Shown one piece after another: positions 1 to 6,815 of a DNA stretch of 32,000 nucleotides; position 1 is the stretch's first letter; every line of letters begins with the position of its first letter. The position numbers and the translations under genes are program-made. Where the stretch lies: the NCBI RefSeq assembly GCF_001735745.1, contig NZ_CP017260.1:1230001-1262000 (forward strand). Direction: 5' to 3'. The DNA comes from Formosa sp. Hel1_33_131. Lineage in GTDB: Bacteria; Bacteroidota; Bacteroidia; Flavobacteriales; Flavobacteriaceae. Below the pieces are notes generated by a model that saw only the letters and a list, made by a program, of their open reading frames with translations, had not been told where the DNA came from and searched no databases.

Positions 1-2273
1 TTAGAGGAAGATTGCGGCTCTGTAATTGCTGTAATACCCAAATCATTATCGCCATTAATATTTGCCCAGAATGAAACCCATGGTCTTGCTTGTTTAATTA
101 CCAACTGATCTTGTGCTGTTACTTTATATTCGATGTCTATTCCAAAGTCATCGGCTCCTACAACATCATAGAGCACTGCAAATCCATCATGAATAACCGT
201 AAGGAAATCTCTCATTTGATCGATATACACTTGATCCATTACCAGCTCCCCTGGATTCACTAGGTTGGACAGTCTTAACACAAGATATCCGCCGCCTTGT
301 GTAGGGTCTTCATACAATAAAAGCTCCTCTGGCACCGAGTTCGGATCGGGGTTTGTGATCAAGGACTCTCCTACTTGGGTGTTTAGATAAAAGGTGTCTT
401 CTGTTTCGTAAATAGGATCGATACTAATGCCGACGCCATTTGATTTTTCCTCTTGAAAATTGGGGTGACAGAGCAGTCCCATCGCTGCTATAAAGTGGTT
501 CACACGGTAAAAATCTCTTTCCTCATAAGCTCTAAAATTCCACATGCTGGCATAGACCTGTTTGATAGATTTAGAGATATGACCTTCGTCTAGGTATTGC
601 GTTTTAGAGGTGTATAAACCTGCGCCACTAAATCCGGGTAAATCTTCGTTATTCGTGCTGGATCGACACCTCACGGCCGTCCCTTCTGGAAAATCGTCGT
701 GCATAACTTGTAAATTGTCCAACATCCATTGCGGCATTGGCGCATCTTTAATGGCTCTTCTAAAATCTTTTAGACGATCAATTCGAAAGTTTAAATCCGT
801 TTGGAAGCTAGGATTATCGATCATGATTTGTGCCTCTTGATAAAAATTATTGAATTGCATAAATTCATCATAGTAGTAAAATGGAATTCCAAAACCATCA
901 GGGATGGTACCCGCTGGAAGTTCAAACGACCTCATAGTGGCAACGTTGGCACACTTTGCTCCAAACGCCGTCGACATTTCAAACGCAATGTCGTCTAAGG
1001 GCATGATTTCCGTGATGCTTAAATCTCGTATTGGCGTTTGTGGTTCTGTGGGTCTCAGTTCTTCATACCAGTCATTCACTTCTGTTAAAGTAGCTTCTCG
1101 TATTTCATACTGCTCGTTTTCTACTTTGTAATAAATATAGCCTCCTAACAGATTTGCTATGGCATCATTGGCTAAAGGATTTGCGATGTATGCATTTGGG
1201 ACATTGTCTTGAATGGCTCTTAGGTTCACGTGCGACAAAGGCGTTTGTATAACAGACGTTATGATGCCTCCCACTCTAGGCAGTGAATTTGGTAGTGCGT
1301 CATAGAGCACAATATCTCTACTTCCAGGAGTTTCATTAAGATCCGTCATGTGTTTAAAAAATCCGTATCCTTCTGCTTCATGAAAAGGGATGTAATTGAT
1401 TTCCGCAAACACATCCGATTCTAAAACCACATCAATTCTAGAACCTACAAAATCATCGGCGTGATTATTGATATGGTCGTTTTCATCAGATTGACCAATA
1501 AAGTGGTTCATGTTATTTTGAAGAAAAGGCATGCTGGCTGCCAATAACTCATACGTTCTTTGAGTGGCCTCAAAATCATAGGCGTTTCCAAAAGAAAAAT
1601 TGACCGAATAGGTTCCTATCACACCACTTGGAAGGATGTCGTTGGGATTAAAAACAATCTCCCCAGAACTGTCATCTCCAGTGACAGATGCACCAATGCC
1701 CCCCCAAAAACTGGCGTGGATGGTATAGGTATTGCTATTGATAAAATAGACCTGTGGTTCGGTGGTATCTCTGTCAAGTATTCCAAACTTAACATACATT
1801 TGATCGTCAAGGAATGGCGCCCAACCCACATTATTTATTGTTGCCAACTCCATAAAAGTTTCAACATCTGGTATTGAGGTTGACCCGTCAATAAGTTCAA
1901 TAGGCGGTGCAAAGTTGAAAGGCGCATCCGTTGGCATGTTATTAAATTCTGTAATGTCATCTATGCCATCTCCATCATAATCGTCAGGAGCTGATACATT
2001 ATGTTCTGTTATAGAATAGTTCTCTATTGGATAAGCGCTCAATGATTCAGAAATGATCATGGTTCCACTAACTCCTATTGTCATTGAGGTTGCCCAGTTA
2101 AACGTAGAACTGTGCTGTGCATGAAGCACATAATATTTACCTGCTTGTGCTTGAATTGATAATTGTACTTGTCCAAGACCGTTCACAGAGTAGTTGTCAA
2201 TGGGTACTTGAGCAAAACAAAAATTATAAACAGAAATTAAACAAAGTAGCGATAAAAAGAAATTTTTAGTCAT
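1..2273 (-). CDS. Exported PEP/pyruvate-binding (PPDK_N ATP-grasp) domain protein; the 3' end runs off the window
   Basis: Own translation from ATG 2273-2271 gives MTKNFFLSLLCLISVYNFCFA/QV (signal peptide) followed by 757 uninterrupted codons to position 3. There is no stop in the window, so it is absent from the ORF track, and the track ORFs at 610-1877 are its shadows. The C-terminal half carries PPDK_N-type motifs FGAKCANVATM, VRCRSSTNNEDLPGFSGAGLY, YASMWNFRAYEER, NGVGISIDP, GESLITNP and IKQARPW. The N-terminal part has an acidic DDYDGDGIDDITE loop. Confidence 0.8.
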   Translation of the reverse strand, partial: MTKNFFLSLLCLISVYNFCFAQVPIDNYSVNGLGQVQLSIQAQAGKYYVLHAQHSSTFNWATSMTIGVSGTMIISESLSAYPIENYSITEHNVSAPDDYDGDGIDDITEFNNMPTDAPFNFAPPIELIDGSTSIPDVETFMELATINNVGWAPFLDDQMYVKFGILDRDTTEPQVYFINSNTYTIHASFWGGIGASVTGDDSSGEIVFNPNDILPSGVIGTYSVNFSFGNAYDFEATQRTYELLAASMPFLQNNMNHFIGQSDENDHINNHADDFVGSRIDVVLESDVFAEINYIPFHEAEGYGFFKHMTDLNETPGSRDIVLYDALPNSLPRVGGIITSVIQTPLSHVNLRAIQDNVPNAYIANPLANDAIANLLGGYIYYKVENEQYEIREATLTEVNDWYEELRPTEPQTPIRDLSITEIMPLDDIAFEMSTAFGAKCANVATMRSFELPAGTIPDGFGIPFYYYDEFMQFNNFYQEAQIMIDNPSFQTDLNFRIDRLKDFRRAIKDAPMPQWMLDNLQVMHDDFPEGTAVRCRSSTNNEDLPGFSGAGLYTSKTQYLDEGHISKSIKQVYASMWNFRAYEERDFYRVNHFIAAMGLLCHPNFQEEKSNGVGISIDPIYETEDTFYLNTQVGESLITNPDPNSVPEELLLYEDPTQGGGYLVLRLSNLVNPGELVMDQVYIDQMRDFLTVIHDGFAVLYDVVGADDFGIDIEYKVTAQDQLVIKQARPWVSFWANINGDNDLGITAITEPQSSS

Positions 2274-2525
2274 TGGTCAAAGCTTGGTTAATACAATCGT
2301 CAAAACTTAAATATACAACTGTTTAATCTTTAATGAAAATTAATTATATTCTTTCGATCCTGAAAATCAGAAGTATATGTTATTTTAAGAAGAAAAATAT
2401 TGAAAATGGAGATTTTAAAAAAATAACGAAAAAAATATTTGTTTAAGTTTTTGTGTAGCTATTTAATAAAATACTATGACAAATTTAGAAATAAGCGTTT
2501 TCGGTTTTAATAGCTATTTATGCAT

Positions 2526-3047
2526 TTATTCACTGCAATCAAAAGCGGTATGTAATAAATGAAGCCGACCACTATTTTTATAAATTAATACCTGATAAAC
2601 ACGATCATAGATGTCTAAATCAAATGCCCCTATCTCTTCACCGACCAATAAGCCCGCTAAAACCCCTGTGGTATTGCTATGCCCAACAACGAGTGCGTCT
2701 TGTTTGCTGTCGATTAATAATTTTGAAAAATCCTCAAGTTCTTGAGGGTTGTATTCACTAATCTCCAGTCCTTTGGACAGTGCTGTTGGAAGTGCTGTAT
2801 TTTGAGTTCGAATATAGTCCGTGCTGTATATAACATCAAGGGCTACATCACTAAGAAAATTACTTAAATTCTCCGATCTTTCCGCGCCACATTGAGAAAG
2901 TGGAGGGTTTGAATAATTATTGGATGTTAAATCTTTTTCTGAATGTCTAACTAAATATATTGTAAATATTTCGCTGTCTTTCTGGGCGCCAACGCAAGAT
3001 TGAAACCCTAAAATTATTAAAATTATTATGAGAGATTCTTTCATCAT
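2526..3047 (-). CDS. Histidine phosphatase family (SixA/PGAM-like) lipoprotein
   Basis: Track ORF 2526..3080. It has an RHSE catalytic motif (IYLVRHSEKD) and a second His motif (LVVGHSNTTG). The likely true start is MMKESL at 3047, giving a lipobox-like signal IILIILGFQSC. Confidence 0.75.
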   Translation of the reverse strand: MMKESLIIILIILGFQSCVGAQKDSEIFTIYLVRHSEKDLTSNNYSNPPLSQCGAERSENLSNFLSDVALDVIYSTDYIRTQNTALPTALSKGLEISEYNPQELEDFSKLLIDSKQDALVVGHSNTTGVLAGLLVGEEIGAFDLDIYDRVYQVLIYKNSGRLHLLHTAFDCSE

Positions 3048-3193
3048 CCTATAGTGTTTGTTAACGAATGTTTTAACCATTTGCTAAAGTTAATAAAAGT
3101 AGGCTTAATTGTTTTGTCTTTTGCCTTTAATACGCAATTTACTTGTGTAAACAGGGACGTTTTCTTATCATAATTCTGCTATTTATAAACGTC

Positions 3194-3502
3194 TTAAGGT
3201 TGGTTTACCCAGTCTTCAATGGTCTTAAAAACACTGCAAAGACTTTCAGATTTTTTAGTTAAAGAGTATTCTACTTTTGGAGGGATTTGTTGGTATTGTT
3301 TTCTCTTTATAAGATTGTCTTTTTCCAAACTCTTTAATTGGTCTGTCAAAACCTTTCTTGAAATATTTGGGATTGCTGCTGCAAGTTGACCAAATCGAAT
3401 CACACCTCTTGTTCGAATAATATTGATAATTATAAGCTTCCATTTCCCTCCCAACATTTCGGTAAAAGAAGTCACTGGACATAGGTCTTTAGTTACTTTC
3501 AT
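3194..3502 (-). CDS. HxlR-family winged-helix transcriptional regulator
   Basis: 102 aa. It begins CPVTSFTEMLGGKWKLIIINII and ends ...QIPPKVEYSLTKKSESL, which matches the typical HxlR/MarR-like layout and size. Confidence 0.85.
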   Translation of the reverse strand: MKVTKDLCPVTSFTEMLGGKWKLIIINIIRTRGVIRFGQLAAAIPNISRKVLTDQLKSLEKDNLIKRKQYQQIPPKVEYSLTKKSESLCSVFKTIEDWVNQP

Positions 3503-3542
3503 AATACTGTTTTAGTTACAATTAAGTGTCCAGAATTTAATA

Positions 3543-3558
3543 GTTACCTAAAGGTAAC
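3543..3558. promoter_or_regulatory. Perfect 16-bp palindrome GTTACCTAAAGGTAAC in the divergent hxlR/yceI spacer; candidate operator
   Basis: Read directly from the sequence. It is embedded in an array of AGTTAC direct repeats at 3491, 3514, 3542 and 3560. Confidence 0.5.
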
Positions 3559-3615
3559 AAGTTACTTTATATTACCAAATGTATTACTATTGCAGGAACA
3601 AAAAAAATAATCGCA

Positions 3616-4179
3616 ATGAAAACAAAAAATTTAGTATCAATCTTACTAATTGTAGTTACAACGACTGCTTTTTCACAAATTAAATTTGATTTAGAAAAAG
3701 GAAATGTCAAATGGACCGGAAAGAAAATCACAAATCAAGCCCACTCAGGTTCTTTAAAGTTTAGTTCTGCATCATTATCATTAGAAAACTCAAACAAACC
3801 ATTTGGCGTCTTTACGGTGGATATGACGTCATTGACTAGTGATGATTTAACTGGAGAATGGAAACAAAAACTTGAAGGGCACTTGAAGTCTGACGACTTT
3901 TTCTACGTTGAGAAACACCCTGAAGCAACCTTGGTTATCAAAAAAGTGAATTCTCAAAATAAGAACTCTTATGAACTAACAGGAGTTTTAACAATTAAAG
4001 GCATTACCCAGACTGTCGATTTTAATTTAATTGTTTATAACGATAGAATTGAAAGTAAATTAACTTTTGATCGGTCAAAACATGACATTCAATTTGCTTC
4101 AGGAAGCTTTTTTGAAAACTTGGGAGATACTCTAATATTAGATGAAATTACTCTTGACATAACATTACAAAAAATATAA
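3616..4179 (+). CDS. YceI-family (polyisoprenoid-binding) secreted protein
   Basis: 187 aa with signal peptide MKTKNLVSILLIVVTTTAFSQ. YceI-like motifs include HLKSDDFFYVEKHPEATL and LTIKGITQTVDFN. Confidence 0.85.
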   Translation: MKTKNLVSILLIVVTTTAFSQIKFDLEKGNVKWTGKKITNQAHSGSLKFSSASLSLENSNKPFGVFTVDMTSLTSDDLTGEWKQKLEGHLKSDDFFYVEKHPEATLVIKKVNSQNKNSYELTGVLTIKGITQTVDFNLIVYNDRIESKLTFDRSKHDIQFASGSFFENLGDTLILDEITLDITLQKI

Positions 4180-4184
4180 AAATT

Positions 4185-4277
4185 ATGATTTATAAAAAAC
4201 AAGACCGCCCAATGTGTGGGTGTGGAAATACGCAAGACCCAAATGGGTATTGTGATGGCTCACACTCAAATAATTAA
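4185..4277 (+). CDS. 30-aa CDGSH-like Cys-rich mini-protein (not in the ORF track)
   Basis: Own translation gives MIYKKQDRPMCGCGNTQDPNGYCDGSHSNN*. It contains C-x-C ... C-D-G-S-H, the 3Cys-1His ligand set of CDGSH 2Fe-2S domains. It starts 5 nt after the yceI stop on the same strand. Confidence 0.45.
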   Translation: MIYKKQDRPMCGCGNTQDPNGYCDGSHSNN

Positions 4278-4460
4278 AATTACGCCCTCTTTTTGGAGAG
4301 CTTTTTTGTTAGAAACCTGTTTTCCGTCCTAAAATAGCGTTACACCTAACACTATTTAATTATGGAAACACAAGGTTCAACTTTAAGGCTAAACAAAACA
4401 AGGGCTTTGGGCAATTTTTAATAAGAACCCCTTAGTTAAAAGATTTATTATCTTTGAATT

Positions 4461-4952
4461 ATGAAGATCGAAATAGCAAAAAACAATAAAGAGTTTAAAA
4501 TTCTTGACAACGATAAAATTATCCTCAAAGGGCGCAAGCCAAAATGGTACTCCCCAGAAATACAATTTTTTTATAACAGCAAAACCTACGAGCTAAAGAA
4601 AAAAGGGTTTTGGGCCACCTCCTTTACTATCTTAGAAAGTGGACAGCCCATTGGAGACATCAACTGGAGCTTTAAAACAGGCTCTAAAATAATCTTGAAG
4701 GACAAGCAATATTGGCTAAAAACAGAAAAGGAAGGAAAATGGTATGCATCCGACCGGCAGTATATTCTTCGCGAAAATGGGAAAACCCCTGTTTTAACCA
4801 TTCATTATGCTTTAAAAAAATGGAAAGAATCTTTGGAGGCCGAATTCAATGATAAAGACCACACCAATTACGTGCTCCTAGTCTGTGCCATGTTTCTAAT
4901 GAGGCGACAACAAAGTGCCCAAAACAGCGCAGCGGCAGGCGGATTTGGATAG
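4461..4952 (+). CDS. Hypothetical protein: beta-rich with a C-terminal hydrophobic helix
   Basis: Track ORF of 163 aa. I recognise no motif. The C-terminus is YVLLVCAMFLMRRQQSAQNSAAAGGFG. Confidence 0.6.
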   Translation: MKIEIAKNNKEFKILDNDKIILKGRKPKWYSPEIQFFYNSKTYELKKKGFWATSFTILESGQPIGDINWSFKTGSKIILKDKQYWLKTEKEGKWYASDRQYILRENGKTPVLTIHYALKKWKESLEAEFNDKDHTNYVLLVCAMFLMRRQQSAQNSAAAGGFG

Positions 4953-5189
4953 TAAACAGAAAACTAAGTTCTAGTTCTTAGGTCCATCAGCCTCCGAAAA
5001 TTCAATAGTTCTTAAAAATTTATTGACAAAATTCACACCGCCTTTAACATTTAGAAAGACGGGCTAAACCCTGATCTAACTTCTGTCAAAACACTAATAC
5101 TTTGGGTTTAAATTTAACATATTGATTAAAAATTTGTGAATTTTGTAACATTTTTACACTTAATCTTGATTAAATTTAAATAAAAAACA

Positions 5190-5360
5190 ATGAAAGATTT
5201 TATTGAAGCCTACTACCCTATTATACTTGCATTCATGTCCTTTTTAATGTCTGTAACCTTGTGGTTTATGGGAAACAAGCTAGAAGGTATTTTTGTAGGA
5301 ATTTGGGTTCCATCAATTTTATCCCTTTCCATTGCCATTAGACAAAGAAGAAAAAAATGA
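5190..5360 (+). CDS. Small 2-TM membrane protein, 56 aa (not in the ORF track)
   Basis: Own translation gives MKDFIEAYYPIILAFMSFLMSVTLWFMGNKLEGIFVGIWVPSILSLSIAIRQRRKK*. Its stop overlaps the next start as ATGA at 5357-5360. Confidence 0.45.
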   Translation: MKDFIEAYYPIILAFMSFLMSVTLWFMGNKLEGIFVGIWVPSILSLSIAIRQRRKK

Positions 5361-5548
5361 ATTTACTTATCTTTATTTTCGGGTTTATTATTTTTATAGT
5401 GTACGTCTATTTCTTGTTGACAATCGTTTCGAAACAACATAAAATACAACGAAGTGAACATCAACAGGCCTATGATGAGCACGATATGGACGGCATAGGA
5501 AATCAAGGAAGATTCCCAATCGATAAAAGTAAAAAAAAGAAGGGCTAA
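5357..5548 (+). CDS. Small 1-TM membrane protein with a charged tail, 63 aa
   Basis: Track ORF. It has an N-terminal hydrophobic helix LLIFIFGFIIFIVYVYFLLTIV followed by a polar Lys-rich tail. It shows a 4-nt ATGA overlap with the upstream small ORF. Confidence 0.5.
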   Translation: MNLLIFIFGFIIFIVYVYFLLTIVSKQHKIQRSEHQQAYDEHDMDGIGNQGRFPIDKSKKKKG

Positions 5549-5595
5549 AACAGGACGTTTACCTTCTTAAATCCAAACATTTTGTTACTCAACAA

Positions 5596-5934
5596 CTACG
5601 TTAGTGAATTGTATAATATTATAAAGTTTAACACGGTATAAAAAATAGCAGGCAGCATCTGAACGGTACTGTCTTTTATTTTGATTCTTACAAAAATAGC
5701 CGTAATCATCATAAAAGTTAATAAAAAAGAAGCTACCGAAAGCAGTATCGGATTGACAATCCCAACGAGTAAGCCGATCCCTCCTAATAGTTGCAAACAG
5801 CCCAACAAAATCCGTTGATTTTTATAGCCCCAACGCGCATATTCGGACAGCATTCTCTTTGAAAAAAAAGAAGTAATCCCGTAAAAAATAAATGAAACTG
5901 CCGAAAATATAAGGATACTAAGGTTTAAATCCAT
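5596..5934 (-). CDS. DoxX-like family membrane protein (paralog B)
   Basis: 112 aa with about 4 TM helices. The layout parallels the upstream paralog (EYARWGY...LLGGIGLLVGI...FVRIKIKD). Confidence 0.65.
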   Translation of the reverse strand: MDLNLSILIFSAVSFIFYGITSFFSKRMLSEYARWGYKNQRILLGCLQLLGGIGLLVGIVNPILLSVASFLLTFMMITAIFVRIKIKDSTVQMLPAIFYTVLNFIILYNSLT

Positions 5935-5937
5935 TGT

Positions 5938-6282
5938 CTATAATAAACCATAATTAAAGGCCGCAATAAATAAGCACAAGAGTAAAAGTACAAAAGAAGG
6001 CACAAATTTAGCCAAAGGATTTTTTACTTTTATATGACAATATTGAGCTCCTAGCATTAAAATTGCCATTAAAAGTGACGCTGGTACTAAAAATTCTTGA
6101 TGCCAAATTCCTAAAATTAGAACGGTTGCGAGTGCTATTTTAGAAGCACCAACTGCATTTCTTAGCAAGTCAGAAAGACCGTAGTGTTTAAATTCTACAA
6201 CGATATTATCATACCTAAAAACCCACACAACAGTTACTGAGAGTGCAACAATAAGCTGCGCCAAAATTGAAATAGTTTCCAT
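5938..6282 (-). CDS. DoxX-like family membrane protein (paralog A)
   Basis: Track ORF 5938..6333. METISILAQL at 6282 is the more plausible start. It has about 4 TM helices and EFKHYGL...ALATVLILGIW...YCHIKVKN. It lies 3 nt upstream of paralog B. Confidence 0.65.
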   Translation of the reverse strand: METISILAQLIVALSVTVVWVFRYDNIVVEFKHYGLSDLLRNAVGASKIALATVLILGIWHQEFLVPASLLMAILMLGAQYCHIKVKNPLAKFVPSFVLLLLCLFIAAFNYGLL

Positions 6283-6561
6283 AAAAATTATTTTTAATAT
6301 TATGTTTAAATGTATGAATAAAAATCTAAACAATTAATATTATCGTCATTTGTTATCAATCAGCACACAGTGTTTGCTCATACTTGACTTTTTAATATTG
6401 ATACTCTATTGAAAATTAAGTATTTACTGTTAATTATTTCTTGTTGTTTTAAACTAAATAGTCTTACTTCTGAAATGCTCTTTTTGGTGCCTTTGGACTA
6501 TAACCCAATTTATATTTAACCACACATCTTAAACATACCATCCGGGGATTGATTTATTAAA

Positions 6562-6583
6562 ACCTGCCTGACGGTAGGCAGGT
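6562..6583 (+). repeat. GC-rich hairpin core, copy 1: ACCTGCCTGACGGTAGGCAGGT
   Basis: A perfect 8-bp stem ACCTGCCT/AGGCAGGT with a 6-nt loop. It is flanked by T/A runs on both strands and sits in a 482-bp ORF-free spacer. Confidence 0.7.
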
Positions 6584-6637
6584 TTATTTCAGAATCTAAA
6601 AGTATTTAAAATTAATAATTCTGTCAAGCTGAAGCAC

Positions 6638-6659
6638 ACCTGCCTGACGGTCGTCAGGT
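6638..6659 (+). repeat. GC-rich hairpin core, copy 2: ACCTGCCTGACGGTCGTCAGGT
   Basis: The first 14 nt are identical to copy 1. The inner stem is CCTGAC/GTCAGG. It is nested in an outer imperfect stem formed by 6621-6633 and 6659-6672. Confidence 0.7.
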
Positions 6660-6789
6660 TCAGTTTGACAAGAAAAAGATTTTTCTGCACATCTATTTTA
6701 CCCCGTTTTAACAGGGATCCTGCTTTTTAAATCACATGCATCTTCATAATAAAAATTTCATAACAATTCATAAATGAAACAAAAAATAG

Positions 6790-6797
6790 TATATTTG
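6790..6797 (+). promoter_or_regulatory. Bacteroidota-type -7 promoter box TATATTTG upstream of hipB
   Basis: It matches the TAnnTTTG consensus and lies 19 nt before the ATG at 6816. Confidence 0.45.
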
Positions 6798-6815
6798 TGT
6801 ATTATATGAAACGTT

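Noticed and set aside
1-3. TTA at positions 1-3, which looks like a minus-strand stop codon for the left-edge ORF
   Set aside because: It is out of frame. Counting from the ATG at 2273, the last full codon is 5-3 (TCT, Ser), so the ORF is still open at the window edge.
1699-1705. C7 (G7 on the coding strand) run inside the PPDK_N gene
   Set aside because: It is shorter than the C9 tract and encodes the conserved-looking FWGGIG in mid-gene. I have no basis to call it a phase-variation site.
610-1877. Track ORFs 610..840, 801..998, 904..1131, 1560..1877 (+) and 1619..1831 (-)
   Set aside because: All lie inside the continuous 757-codon minus-strand PPDK_N ORF. They have no recognisable motifs and are treated as shadow or alternate-frame ORFs.
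3255-3482. 75-aa minus-strand ORF overlapping the HxlR gene
   Set aside because: It is an alternate frame of a well-supported HxlR CDS, with no motifs.
4278-4305. Possible terminator CTCT-TTTTGG-AGAG followed by CTTTTTT after the CDGSH-like ORF
   Set aside because: Only a 4-bp stem can be drawn, which is too weak to annotate.
4449-4456. TATCTTTG match to the TAnnTTTG -7 box
   Set aside because: It ends only 4 nt before the ATG at 4461, which would imply an essentially leaderless mRNA. It is not convincing without transcript data.
5596-6333. Idea that the two DoxX-like ORFs are halves of one gene broken by a stop (pseudogene)
   Set aside because: Each ORF has its own ATG, about 4 helices and the full motif order of the family at normal length. 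They are paralogs, not fragments. The 17-codon 5' extension of the track ORF (to 6333) is also unlikely to be translated.
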